Shown: positions 37,505 through 47,266 of the stretch, in pieces
How positions within the stretch are numbered: the first letter of the stretch is position 1
Layout of the letters: every line of letters starts with the position of its first letter
Origin: Patescibacteria group bacterium UBA7435
Lineage (GTDB): Bacteria; Patescibacteriota; Minisyncoccia; Phycocordibacterales; UBA918
DNA length: 64,000 nt
Reading direction: 5' to 3'
NCBI GenBank assembly: GCA_002477545.1
Contig: DLQJ01000007.1
Location: 87,188-151,187, forward strand
Translations under genes and position numbers: made by a program
The notes under the pieces: generated by a model
The model's input: only the letters and a program-made list of their open reading frames with translations
What the model was told of the DNA's origin: nothing
Databases searched by the model: none

Positions 37505-38488
37505 ATGAAAGGTATAGCTTTACAAACACTAAACAGTTCCCTTCATGCCGTGTCTGAAGCAAACAATGCAAAGCCCTCAAATGAGGTTCCGGATCTCATT
37601 TGCCGCCTGCGACGGTGGCGCAGCGCTTCTGAATATGGCGAACTGATTGATCAAAAACTTCGTGAGGAGTATCATCGATTCCCTCTTGACGCATTCGCTG
37701 CATTCTCATTTGATGAACTATGCAAACTGAAATATTCGACCATTATGATGATGTCTCGAAGTGTCGATGAGTTGTTTGGCAACCCAAAGGAGGATGCCGA
37801 TTTCGCTGAACATGAGGTAGTCCGAAAAGTTGAAAACTCAATGTGGCGATACTCATTTGCCGGCGACAACTGGAATGAGGTGGTGGAAGCACACACAGCA
37901 ATTCGCAATTTTTCACTTGATTTTGGTTCTGAATTTGAGATTCGTCTGGATTATACAACGGGATGTAATCAGTTTGGTTACTCTCAATTCAGCCGAACAT
38001 TTCTCGATGGTGTGTTTGGTTTTCTGGTACACCATAAGGGTGTTCACGTGATGACTATTGGTTTTTCAGTCCTCGCAGACAGAAAAATTCTACTACAACA
38101 GGTACAGTTGAAGGAAAGGCTGGGGAATCGCTGGTTATACAAACTATCAAAACCACGTCTTGAACTTGTAGTGGGTGCATTCTTGCAGAGTTTCCCTAAG
38201 CATAAGGTATATCTGGTTGATGGTCGCTCACTACACTCAAAAACAATAGGCGACTACCGAGATGCACTGCATCGCACTGAAGAAAAACGTCGTCGTAGTC
38301 CGCATGACAAGGATTACGTGGAAGAATGTCGTCTACTGAATGAATGTCTTTCCCATTTAAGTGAATCAAAGGAGCGAATAACGCGTTTCTATGCGGACGC
38401 AGGCCGGTTCCATCTTGGAGAGATGCTTGAGTCAATTGCTGGGCTACGGTACTATAAAATCGAAAACAACGTAGCAATAGCTGCCTAA
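37505..38488 (+). CDS. Hypothetical protein, possibly VirK/YbjX (DUF535)-like
   Basis: GGAGGT SD, TTGACA promoter, own terminator; MTIGFS...ILLQQVQ segment. Confidence 0.7.
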   Translation: MKGIALQTLNSSLHAVSEANNAKPSNEVPDLICRLRRWRSASEYGELIDQKLREEYHRFPLDAFAAFSFDELCKLKYSTIMMMSRSVDELFGNPKEDADFAEHEVVRKVENSMWRYSFAGDNWNEVVEAHTAIRNFSLDFGSEFEIRLDYTTGCNQFGYSQFSRTFLDGVFGFLVHHKGVHVMTIGFSVLADRKILLQQVQLKERLGNRWLYKLSKPRLELVVGAFLQSFPKHKVYLVDGRSLHSKTIGDYRDALHRTEEKRRRSPHDKDYVEECRLLNECLSHLSESKERITRFYADAGRFHLGEMLESIAGLRYYKIENNVAIAA

Positions 38489-38563
38489 GCAACTAAAACC
38501 GTTCATACTATGGGCGGTTTTTTTGATGATATACTAAAATCATAATAACTAACAAGTAACGAT

Positions 38564-38947
38564 ATGGAAGAAATTATCGCAAACGTCAACTGGATTGCAG
38601 TTGTTGTAGGTGCCGTGGTCTCCTTCGCACTTGGATGGCTGTGGTACTCTCCAAAAATGTTTGGAGAAAAATGGTTGCACGGTATCGGTATCTCATTTGA
38701 TGATCAAACATCAATGATGCCGGCAATGATCACCCAAATAGTAGGAACATTTCTCTTTGCATGGGTTATTGGATTAACGGCCACAACTGATTCATTACTC
38801 ACGGCAATACTTATCACGCTCACTATTGCAGTGCTTATTAAGGCAAATGGCTTATTTAGCAAAAAAAGTCACTATGCAATTAAGGTTGAGGTTGGATTTA
38901 TTATTGTTATGGCAATTATTATGATCGCGACACACGCAGTCATTTAA
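38564..38947 (+). CDS. DUF1761 family membrane protein
   Basis: NWIAVVVGAVVSFALGWLWYSPKMFG..W. Confidence 0.85.
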   Translation: MEEIIANVNWIAVVVGAVVSFALGWLWYSPKMFGEKWLHGIGISFDDQTSMMPAMITQIVGTFLFAWVIGLTATTDSLLTAILITLTIAVLIKANGLFSKKSHYAIKVEVGFIIVMAIIMIATHAVI

Positions 38948-38953
38948 TAATTT

Positions 38954-39000
38954 CATATATGACAAAAAGAACGCCTTTGGCGTTCTTTTTGTCATATATA
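38954..39000. terminator. Very long perfect hairpin
   Basis: tatatatgacaaaaagaacgcc-ttt-ggcgttctttttgtcatatata. Confidence 0.75.
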
Positions 39001-39028
39001 GAGAAACACTAGATGCTATACTGAAATT

Positions 39029-39541
39029 ATGAACACACTATGGAATTCAGTAACAAAACTATCCCAAATACTTGCGATAGTTTTAGGACTCTGTATTTTT
39101 GCACTTGGTTTCTATCTGGGACAACAATCAAACAAAGTTGTTGAATCAGAAATTGAAGGTGCTTTATACAATGCACAAATTGATGAGCTGGAGAACCAAT
39201 ACGTTGGGAAAATCACTACACTTAAGGAACGTGCTGATGCACCAACCGAATATCCAGAAACGTCTTCAGAAAGTACCGGCACCATTGCGGTCTCTGCATC
39301 AAATACAACGAGCGTTGCAGTCACAATTATCGGTGAAAATCAAACCAACCCTGCAGAACTTGTTGCAACGGTAGTACATGGAACAGTGACCGAAATTCAT
39401 ATTATCAGCGGAGGATCTGGTTACACACAGAAACCAACGCTTGAAATACCCGGTCTTGGAATACTCGGTGCTGACATCACTCTTTTATCATCCGGAGATG
39501 CTGACCTAGACGGATCGATTGAAAGCGTTACGCTAAAGTAA
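39029..39541 (+). CDS. Membrane-anchored protein with GGSGYT beta-repeat motif
   Basis: N-terminal TM helix, coiled coil, ATVVHGTVTEIHIISGGSGYTQKPTLEI. Confidence 0.75.
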   Translation: MNTLWNSVTKLSQILAIVLGLCIFALGFYLGQQSNKVVESEIEGALYNAQIDELENQYVGKITTLKERADAPTEYPETSSESTGTIAVSASNTTSVAVTIIGENQTNPAELVATVVHGTVTEIHIISGGSGYTQKPTLEIPGLGILGADITLLSSGDADLDGSIESVTLK

Positions 39542-39959
39542 CTACTTCTCTTCCCCATCCGGTGGTACTCCACATCCTCTCGTGTACATAATACAGTGAT
39601 AGTTTCGTCACTACTTCAACACTTCCAATGGAAGCAGCTATTCCTACATCACCGGTAACAATGATTGCCAATGTCATAGTGTCTAATGCACCCAGCAAAC
39701 GCCATGTTATCGCTTTAAATGCACCGGTGCTCCACAACGGTACCTTAGGAGCCTTCTTCTGCCATATCCGTGGGATACGCACCCAAGCTCGTTCGTGTAC
39801 GTAATAGAGCGCTGATTTAGTAATCAACTCAAGTGAAGCAATGGTAAGTGCAGCAGTAATACTTCCAGTAAAAATCCATGAGAGCAGCAACGTGTCGGTG
39901 CTTGCGATACATCGCCACGTAATTCCTTTTAGGAGACTTCGTCTTTTCGTGTCTTGCAT
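39528..39959 (-). CDS. Tandem DUF2061 membrane protein
   Basis: Two repeats of K.ITWR....DT...K..LYYVHER.W. Confidence 0.88.
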   Translation of the reverse strand: MQDTKRRSLLKGITWRCIASTDTLLLSWIFTGSITAALTIASLELITKSALYYVHERAWVRIPRIWQKKAPKVPLWSTGAFKAITWRLLGALDTMTLAIIVTGDVGIAASIGSVEVVTKLSLYYVHERMWSTTGWGREVVTLA

Positions 39960-40061
39960 AGAGATTTACTGAAAGTAGTAAGGCTCCATAGTACCATGAT
40001 GAAGTCATTTCAATTTATTAAAAACCGTCGGATTTCTCCGACGATTTTTCTTTCATTCTAC

Positions 40062-42095
40062 CTACAGCCCACTTTGCCCTGCCGGGAATGATGTCGTTGG
40101 TGGACCAACTCGAATCATCTGTCCATCTTCATGATCTTCTGTAGGTTCAACGTAGTTAGGATCTTGCACGATTCGAATCTCAACCTCACCTACCTTACCA
40201 AACCCACAACCATTGGGAGCCGGGTCAGGCGTTGGATAACCCATAGTATTAACTGCAGCACCAGCACCGGGATGATAATGATCACCGTCACAGTTTGGTG
40301 CGTGCCCCGTAACAACGTCAAGATTACCCAAGGGAATTTCATAATCCATATACATCAACACTTGAATCTCTCCAGGTAATAATGAGATATAATCTTCTTC
40401 TTTAGTAATAGATAGACAAATGTTTCGTCCATCCTCGCCGTCTTTACCATCGTCTGCACCACCTTGGCCGCCTTTACCTCCCTTTCCTTCAGTACATCCA
40501 TCACCCCCGTTTCCACCATTTCCTCCATCATCTCCAATTATCCCACCGTCGGGAGCACGTCCATTTTTACCAAAGCCACCTTTACCGTCTTTACCATTAC
40601 TATCACCACCTTTGCCTCCATCGCCACCTTTTGCAGTCTCGTCACACGACCCACCGGTACCTCCAATTCCACCATAGGAATCAACTAACCCTCCAGCACC
40701 ACCAATATCATTAGCCACATCCATTCGTCGTGCACCGCCGGAAACAGTCAGCCTAGCGTCTCCACCGTCGCCACCTTTAGCTACAGCTTTACCACCAGGT
40801 CCACCAGCAACACCACACGTATCAGCGTCACCACCAGCACCCCCTTCAGCTATGGCTGTACCACCAAGTCCACCAACTGCGTCACCAAACTGTACATTAC
40901 TAGTACCTGCAACTGTTCCACTTACCGTTAACTTCTTTTTATTATCTGAACCTTCTCCTCCTGTTGCGTTTGCGTCACCTCCTTTTTCGCTAGGTTCACC
41001 AACTTTTCCTTTAGCGGTTGCACTCCCTCCTGCCCCTCCCCATCCTGGATGAATAATAAATGCACCCGTGATAGAGAAATTCTGACTTCCGACCATCCGG
41101 AAGTTTCCAGGTTTTCCACCTTTACCACCCTTAGCTTTCGCATCATCACACCCATCACCTGTAACTGCCTCACCCCCCTCTCCACCATCACCAAGAATCA
41201 GTGTAAAGTTGTTAACCTCTAGGTTCGGTGCAAAGGCGTTAAATCGAAATGCATCTTCACCGTCTTTTCCTATTACATCACATGAACCAGTATCAGCATC
41301 TCCAGCACGTCCCTTCGGACCTTCTAATTCAAAGTCTTGCACGATTACCTCAGGAGTATTTGGAAAATCAAAAACTACTATTCGACGTGATCCCTGTGGT
41401 GGTGTATCAACTTTAATTTTCCCGCTGACCCGGATCGGTTCGCCAGTAAGATTTACCGTGGTTGTACCATTATCTACCTGAGCATGCGCCACATTCACAA
41501 ATGGGAACATCCAAGATACCGCTTCATTAGTACTGGGATCATCAGCTTCCTCCGGAATAGTGTCAGATGAGCCATCATCAGCCAACAACGGCCCCACTGA
41601 AACACCAGTATCTGATACTGTCTCTGTTTGATCATACAAAGCATCTAATTCTTCATTGGAACGTACAGATGAAAGACTATCGACAATCTGTACATTACCC
41701 GTAGCAATAATTTCTGCGTCCGGCGCCATAGTAAGTCCGCCAGTAGCCACAATAGTCACATCTCCACCTTCTTCAGACTCGCATACAACCAGATCATTGA
41801 TAGTGAGTGCTCCGCTTGTGACCACCGTGAGTGACCCATCACGACAACCAAGCGCACCATCAATAATAAGGTCAGCTTGACTGGTTAACTGTGCACCGCC
41901 AATTAGCACAGTAGCTTCCCCGGCAATAATCGTTGTATCTACAGTTAACTCGGCATCAGCTGCATACACCACTGTTTCAGTATATGCAGTAAGCGCCAGT
42001 TCTTTGACCTCTTCTGATTTCTTATTAAAAGATAAATACCCACCTAATAACACCAAAAGTGCTATTACAACAAAAAGAATATGTTTAAGATTCAT
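40062..42095 (-). CDS. Membrane-anchored glycine-rich (PGRS-like) surface protein
   Basis: N-terminal TM helix; about 300 aa of GGxGGxGG repeats with periodic Cys; C-terminal CDGDHYH...CGFG domain. Confidence 0.85.
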   Translation of the reverse strand: MNLKHILFVVIALLVLLGGYLSFNKKSEEVKELALTAYTETVVYAADAELTVDTTIIAGEATVLIGGAQLTSQADLIIDGALGCRDGSLTVVTSGALTINDLVVCESEEGGDVTIVATGGLTMAPDAEIIATGNVQIVDSLSSVRSNEELDALYDQTETVSDTGVSVGPLLADDGSSDTIPEEADDPSTNEAVSWMFPFVNVAHAQVDNGTTTVNLTGEPIRVSGKIKVDTPPQGSRRIVVFDFPNTPEVIVQDFELEGPKGRAGDADTGSCDVIGKDGEDAFRFNAFAPNLEVNNFTLILGDGGEGGEAVTGDGCDDAKAKGGKGGKPGNFRMVGSQNFSITGAFIIHPGWGGAGGSATAKGKVGEPSEKGGDANATGGEGSDNKKKLTVSGTVAGTSNVQFGDAVGGLGGTAIAEGGAGGDADTCGVAGGPGGKAVAKGGDGGDARLTVSGGARRMDVANDIGGAGGLVDSYGGIGGTGGSCDETAKGGDGGKGGDSNGKDGKGGFGKNGRAPDGGIIGDDGGNGGNGGDGCTEGKGGKGGQGGADDGKDGEDGRNICLSITKEEDYISLLPGEIQVLMYMDYEIPLGNLDVVTGHAPNCDGDHYHPGAGAAVNTMGYPTPDPAPNGCGFGKVGEVEIRIVQDPNYVEPTEDHEDGQMIRVGPPTTSFPAGQSGL

Positions 42096-42188
42096 ACGTA
42101 CACGAATGTTAACAAGTAATAGTCTTACCCTACTCCTCAGACAGCATATTGGCAATGGTGACAGAATACTTGGTATACTGTATTTATT

Positions 42189-42509
42189 ATGGCTGGTTTA
42201 TTTTCTCAACGTGTCACCGAATTAGCACTTTCTATTCCCGAAGGCAGGATCACTACATACGGTGCCCTAGCTAAAGCTGCCGGAGGTGGAGGTCAGGCTG
42301 CGCGGAGTGTGAGCAGTATTCTCAGCAAGTATCCAAACCAAGGCGTTATTCCATGGCACCGTATTGTATACGCAGGAGGGAAAGTGTGGATCACTCCAGA
42401 ACGTGAAGCGCGAAGAAAAGAACTCTATGAGCTGGAGGGTATTTTCATAAACGAAAAAGGCATTATTCAAAATTTTGAAGATGTCTTTTACGATTGCACT
42501 GGTGACTAA
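42189..42509 (+). CDS. Alkyltransferase-like protein (ATL, MGMT family, Trp replacing Cys)
   Basis: IPEGRITTYGALA, ARSV, IPWHRIV. Confidence 0.9.
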   Translation: MAGLFSQRVTELALSIPEGRITTYGALAKAAGGGGQAARSVSSILSKYPNQGVIPWHRIVYAGGKVWITPEREARRKELYELEGIFINEKGIIQNFEDVFYDCTGD

Positions 42510-42524
42510 GTTAAGAGTTTGGTG

Positions 42525-43733
42525 TTATCCTGGCACACAGGCTAATGCACTACTATTCGGAGGCATTTTGCACGTACCAGAGAGCGTCCCCTGTGGCGTG
42601 GTAACTGTGCAGCTGCTATTTGATGATTTACCAGAACATGCAGTAATTGCTTCAGCTGGAGGTCCGTCGTTGCTTGAGGAACCAGTCTGTCCTTCTGGCG
42701 CAAGAGCTGAACCGCCTGCTTGTCCGCCAGTATCAGGACCTTTCTGGAAAGTGCTATCAAGCGTACCGTGTACGCACCGTGTAATACGTGGGAACGAGTC
42801 AGTCATAATATATACGTATTCCCCATCGATGTATGTCCCATTACACTCATCAAGATTACCCAACCCTTTCACATATTCATAATCTTGAGTATATTTTCCA
42901 TCATATACTCCTCCGGGCCCACTTGGTCGAGTTCCGGACTTAACCTGATAGCTCGCACTATACGCATTGGATTGCGAGTAGTACATCGGGAACCCATCAG
43001 CAGCCCACGCGAGATGAATCATGTCTCCCGACTGATCGGTAAGTGCCGTCTCGAGTAGACCTTCAGGTGTTGCGTGATAATGATAGGTACCACCTGGTTG
43101 CACGTGCGCATTTGACCAGTCGATACCAAGCCCTGCAACTCCGTTATAGAAAGCTTCTTCATTCCAGCCTGAAGTTCGGTCGTTGTTGTAGAATTCTCCT
43201 GTTCCAGCCTCAAGCGGAATTCCATTAAGTGCTACTCCTGCAAGTTGTGCATTGGTGACTGTTGATTTGTACACTGGTACCATTGGCACCTTATAGTCAT
43301 GATCTTGGGCACTTATTGCATTAGGATTGCCACTATTAGGAAATGTGCCTGGCTCATGTTCTGGAATACCGTCTGAGGTAATGTACCGATAGATGCCATC
43401 AGTAGTAATAACTGCAGACCCATATCCACCATTTTTTATAAACAATGAAGGAGTAACTGCCGGTTCTGGAACGACATCTTGAATATCTTCAGCTTGTACC
43501 TCAGGTGTCGTTTCATTTGGTGTTGATTGAGTAGTTACCTCCTGTTGCAACACCCTATCTTTCACAGCGATATACTCACTATGAGGATGTTCATGTGTAT
43601 CCTCATAATCTTCATGCACAGCTTGATGATCATAGGCATCTTCATTTTTTTCAGCAATTAGTTCGTAATAAGCGAGTGCCCCGACTGCTCCAATAAGAAG
43701 TACGAGAATATACACAAGAATTTTTGTAATCAT
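42525..43733 (-). CDS. YHYH-domain exported protein
   Basis: TM anchor, GIPEH, GVALNGIP, AHVQPGGTYHYH, WAADGFPMY, LDECNG; Cys-rich C-tail. Confidence 0.9.
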   Translation of the reverse strand: MITKILVYILVLLIGAVGALAYYELIAEKNEDAYDHQAVHEDYEDTHEHPHSEYIAVKDRVLQQEVTTQSTPNETTPEVQAEDIQDVVPEPAVTPSLFIKNGGYGSAVITTDGIYRYITSDGIPEHEPGTFPNSGNPNAISAQDHDYKVPMVPVYKSTVTNAQLAGVALNGIPLEAGTGEFYNNDRTSGWNEEAFYNGVAGLGIDWSNAHVQPGGTYHYHATPEGLLETALTDQSGDMIHLAWAADGFPMYYSQSNAYSASYQVKSGTRPSGPGGVYDGKYTQDYEYVKGLGNLDECNGTYIDGEYVYIMTDSFPRITRCVHGTLDSTFQKGPDTGGQAGGSALAPEGQTGSSSNDGPPAEAITACSGKSSNSSCTVTTPQGTLSGTCKMPPNSSALACVPG

Positions 43734-43826
43734 ATACAGGTAATAGTACCATTCCAGTCATCACAACATTGACATCCATGTATATATACTAGATACTGCT
43801 TTTGAAACAGAAGGAGAAACAGGCAG

Positions 43827-43994
43827 ATGAAAACAACTAGTGTACCAACTGATGACGGCGTCGGGTATTGTATACACAAAGAAGAAAGAGGACATTCTCG
43901 GGCCACCCAGAGGTTCTTAAGTATTCTGTTTCTTTTCACTGTACCTTTATGTATATGTGCAGAGGAAATATACGAATATTTCAAGAAAAAGTAA
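43827..43994 (+). CDS. Small putative membrane protein (55 aa, not in ORF track)
   Basis: MKTTSVPTDDGVGYCIHKEERGHSRATQRFLSILFLFTVPLCICAEEIYEYFKKK; AGGAG SD and TTGACA upstream. Confidence 0.45.
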   Translation: MKTTSVPTDDGVGYCIHKEERGHSRATQRFLSILFLFTVPLCICAEEIYEYFKKK

Positions 43995-44021
43995 CTTAAA
44001 TAGGCTCACCACTTGGTGTGT

Positions 44022-45170
44022 CTATTCTTTTATTTCAAAATCTAGCGATTCATGCTGTACACCGTTTATCTGCAGAGTTAATCTATGCTTCCCTGGATAT
44101 AATGTAAATGTTGTTGCGTTAGCAAGCAAACGGTGATTCTTACTAATCTCGACACATTCCCCTTTTTGTATATCAATTTTCTTAAGTTTAAATACTTTTG
44201 GTTTTGTCTGCCCATTAGCCTTCACAAAATCAATCACGTAGTCAATCATCAGTTTTTCATTCTTTTGTGCCGTTACTGTAAACGAAAAAGTGAGGGGATC
44301 CCCGGGAACGATCTTCTTTGAGTCAGAACTTAAAGAAAATTGTTCTACTGTAATCTTAGGCTTTGTGTGATATCCCAATAATTCTAATGCCCCACTGTGA
44401 CCCTGCTTAAGTAATGTACGCAGCGAATGTCGAGTCATCCAATCAAGCTCCATTACATCTTGCTTTTCTTCCTTTTTCCACCGCAACAGTGTCTGGACAA
44501 CCAAATCTGATTCAATTTTTGCGATGTCGTTCATATGATTCGCAATCGATCGGGTGACGTATCGGGTACCATCCGCGTGGAGTGCATCGAGAAATGGCAA
44601 CGGTACGCTAACGGGAATATTCAAGCGCCCCGACCAAGGTAACAAGGGTCGTGTTCCTTCACTTACCAAACGTCGTACGTGATAGCTTGTGTGTCCTATC
44701 CATGATTCCAATTCTTGAAGTGTATCTTCTTCAAATGTATTGATAAAGTAACGAATAGAATCTTCCATCGAAAACCGCTGGGTAATCTCCTGCAGTGTTG
44801 CAAGTGAAGTGGCGACATTATTTTTCCGCAATCCATTACGCACAACATACTCTCCAAGTGGGGCAAATATAAAATCACCAAAATCGTCATCAGTTTTTGT
44901 CGGATCAAGAGGTGGTGGTAATGCTTTAATGATGATTTTGCTTGCTTTTTTAAAATCTTTTGGTAACTGTGCCTCAAGACCTTCGGTAATACATACAACC
45001 CTTTGCTTAAGTTCAAGTACAGGTAATGTAGTCATCACTTTTTCTACAAATATTTCAGCGTTAAAATTTACGTCTACCGCAGCAAAGCGATCCCCCAGTC
45101 CCCGAACTTTTTGTTCATTAAAAAGATGATCCTTGAGACTAAATCCCTTTCCGTTTGTATTACGAGCCAT
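44022..45170 (-). CDS. alkC: HEAT-repeat alkylpurine DNA glycosylase, AlkC type with C-terminal Ig-like domain
   Basis: FSMEDSIRYF, HVRRLVSEGTRPLLPW, YVTRSIANHMNDIAK, KPKVFKL...YPGKH. Confidence 0.8.
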   Translation of the reverse strand: MARNTNGKGFSLKDHLFNEQKVRGLGDRFAAVDVNFNAEIFVEKVMTTLPVLELKQRVVCITEGLEAQLPKDFKKASKIIIKALPPPLDPTKTDDDFGDFIFAPLGEYVVRNGLRKNNVATSLATLQEITQRFSMEDSIRYFINTFEEDTLQELESWIGHTSYHVRRLVSEGTRPLLPWSGRLNIPVSVPLPFLDALHADGTRYVTRSIANHMNDIAKIESDLVVQTLLRWKKEEKQDVMELDWMTRHSLRTLLKQGHSGALELLGYHTKPKITVEQFSLSSDSKKIVPGDPLTFSFTVTAQKNEKLMIDYVIDFVKANGQTKPKVFKLKKIDIQKGECVEISKNHRLLANATTFTLYPGKHRLTLQINGVQHESLDFEIKE

Positions 45171-45282
45171 AATTACTACAGTATACAGAAATGTGTAAGA
45201 AATGTGATTCTCATGCGTCATAGATGTCGGCCAGAGAACATCTCTGGAAACAGTTCAACAACATCGACAAGGAATTTACGTA

Positions 45283-45750
45283 ATGACGAAGACTATTTTA
45301 GGTGCACTCTTGGTTTCCCTGCTGTGCATTTCTTCAGGAAAAGCACACGCTGAAGCTCAGTATGCACACCTCTATGCAGATCCAGACGCGCAAACTGCGT
45401 TTATGAAAGAAAAAATCCGCATAACGTTCCAAAAATATGGGGAGCGTGTCGTCCGGCAAGCTATACGCGTCGCTTCATGTGAAACAAGTGGCGTGCCAAA
45501 TGGACACATACTCCAATGGGATGCAAAGGGTAACCTTCTTCCAAACAAGAAAGGTGGACAAGCTCGGGCATCTTTTCAAGTAATGAGCAGACTACACAAA
45601 CCAGACTTTGACCGCAAAGGTCTCAAGATTGAAGTACTTGCTGATTACCTCGTTTTTGTTGAATATCTTTTCAACAGAAATAAAAATAGTTTTCAAGACT
45701 GGTACCCATCTAAACATTGCTGGCGCAACGTACAAGTTGCGCAAAAATAA
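45283..45750 (+). CDS. Secreted lysozyme-like/lytic-transglycosylase-like protein
   Basis: Signal peptide ending AHA; AIRVASCETS, SFQV, W.PS.HCW. Confidence 0.6.
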   Translation: MTKTILGALLVSLLCISSGKAHAEAQYAHLYADPDAQTAFMKEKIRITFQKYGERVVRQAIRVASCETSGVPNGHILQWDAKGNLLPNKKGGQARASFQVMSRLHKPDFDRKGLKIEVLADYLVFVEYLFNRNKNSFQDWYPSKHCWRNVQVAQK

Positions 45751-45842
45751 AATAAAGGCGGCGAGAATTTCTCGTCGCCTTTTCCTGTTACCCTCCTCAA
45801 ACTGCTGAAAGACATATGGTACTATGCGCGTAGTAACATAAT

Positions 45843-47216
45843 ATGCATATCATCAAATCAAATGTCCTGGTGCTGGGAAGCGGTACTGCAGGAAGTAACG
45901 CGGCTCGTGCGGCTGTTAAAGCAGGAGCTGAAAAGGTAATAATTATACAACCTCGAGGTCTTATTAACACCTGTGTGGAGGAAGGTTGTATGCCCAGCAA
46001 GAGCATTCTTGCTGGAGCACACCAAAATCTCTCTTTAGAACAAGTGCTTAAGGATCGTGATGCTCATATTACTCGTCTGAAAAAGGCTTTAACTGACGGC
46101 TTGGAAAGCGAAGCATTTGAAATAGTTCTTGGTACTGCAGTATTCATTGATAATCATACTGTTGCAGTCACTGACCAAAAAAATGTACAACACTACACCG
46201 CAGACAGTATTATCATTGCAACAGGATCTCGTCCATTTGTTCCAGTAATCGAAGGACTTGATAGTATCGGAAGCTCTCTTCTAATAAGTGACGACGTTGT
46301 TTCAAACAAAGCGCAATTTACTGCAGTACCCAAAAAGGTACTCACTATTGGTGGCGGGCCTATCGGTCTTGAGCTTTCAACATTCTTTCACGATATGGGA
46401 TCGCAGGTACGCGTACTACAACGTAAAGCTGCACTTGGTCTGTTTGACCCAGAATTTGGGGATGAACGAGTGCGTGCATCAAAAGACTCCACAAGCTTCC
46501 CTATTGATCTTAATGCTAATTTAGTAAAAGTAGAAAAACACGATGGTGCGGTCTTTTGTCATATTCAATGTAATGAAGATATACGTGTTGAGCAATATGA
46601 TGCTGTCTTAGTGGCAACAGGACGGCGAGCGAACACGGACACATTGAACCTCGAAAAAACTGGTGTCTCATTGGATGCACGTGGAAATATTGAACACAAT
46701 GAACAAATGCAAACATCGGTTCCTTCTATATATATTGCAGGTGACGTAACAGGACATCACCAGATCCTTCACTTCGCTGCGGAGATGGGCAAGATCGCAG
46801 GATATAATGCAACAAATCCAGAAGATCCTATCAGCATGGACTACGATCGGCATATGCTTGCAGTTTCATTCGACCAATTCCCTTCAGCGTTAATTGGTTT
46901 AACCGAACAAGAAGCAATTAAACGTGGGATGGATGTCATAAGCGCGAGCAAGGAATTTAAAAGTATTGGTCTTGGAATTCTTAAGCGGCAGGAGTACGGT
47001 CTGTGGAAAGTAGTAGCCGACGCTAAGACGGGTGAAATTCTTGGTTCACAAATTCTTGGACCAGACAGTTCGGGTGAGCTTATCCAAATTCTGGTACCAA
47101 TTCTCGCAAATGCAAACACGTATGAAGATATTCTGCACATGACCTGGTATCACCCCACGTATGCAGAAATATTAAAATCAATCGCACGTGACCTTGAGAA
47201 GAAACACGTTACATAA
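45843..47216 (+). CDS. Pyridine nucleotide-disulfide oxidoreductase (dihydrolipoamide dehydrogenase family)
   Basis: GSGTAG, CVEEGCMPSK, GGGPIGLE, IAGD, HPTYAE. Confidence 0.9.
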   Translation: MHIIKSNVLVLGSGTAGSNAARAAVKAGAEKVIIIQPRGLINTCVEEGCMPSKSILAGAHQNLSLEQVLKDRDAHITRLKKALTDGLESEAFEIVLGTAVFIDNHTVAVTDQKNVQHYTADSIIIATGSRPFVPVIEGLDSIGSSLLISDDVVSNKAQFTAVPKKVLTIGGGPIGLELSTFFHDMGSQVRVLQRKAALGLFDPEFGDERVRASKDSTSFPIDLNANLVKVEKHDGAVFCHIQCNEDIRVEQYDAVLVATGRRANTDTLNLEKTGVSLDARGNIEHNEQMQTSVPSIYIAGDVTGHHQILHFAAEMGKIAGYNATNPEDPISMDYDRHMLAVSFDQFPSALIGLTEQEAIKRGMDVISASKEFKSIGLGILKRQEYGLWKVVADAKTGEILGSQILGPDSSGELIQILVPILANANTYEDILHMTWYHPTYAEILKSIARDLEKKHVT

Positions 47217-47252
47217 CAAAAGACCATGCGCATGCGCATGGTCTTTTGTTAT
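47213..47252. terminator. Perfect 40-bp palindrome between convergent genes (bidirectional terminator)
   Basis: ataacaaaagaccatgcgca|tgcgcatggtcttttgttat. Confidence 0.8.
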
Positions 47253-47266
47253 AAACTCTTCCTATA

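Noticed and set aside
35799-39541. Integron-like run of co-oriented small genes
   Set aside because: Intergenic hairpins look like A/T-tailed terminators, lack attC RYYYAAC/GTTRRRY ends, and no IntI gene is present.
40420-41052. Proline-rich ORFs on + strand
   Set aside because: Reverse complement of the glycine codons of the PGRS-like gene.
43730-43984. 84-aa minus-strand ORF
   Set aside because: No supporting signals; the + strand 55-aa frame has an SD and promoter instead.
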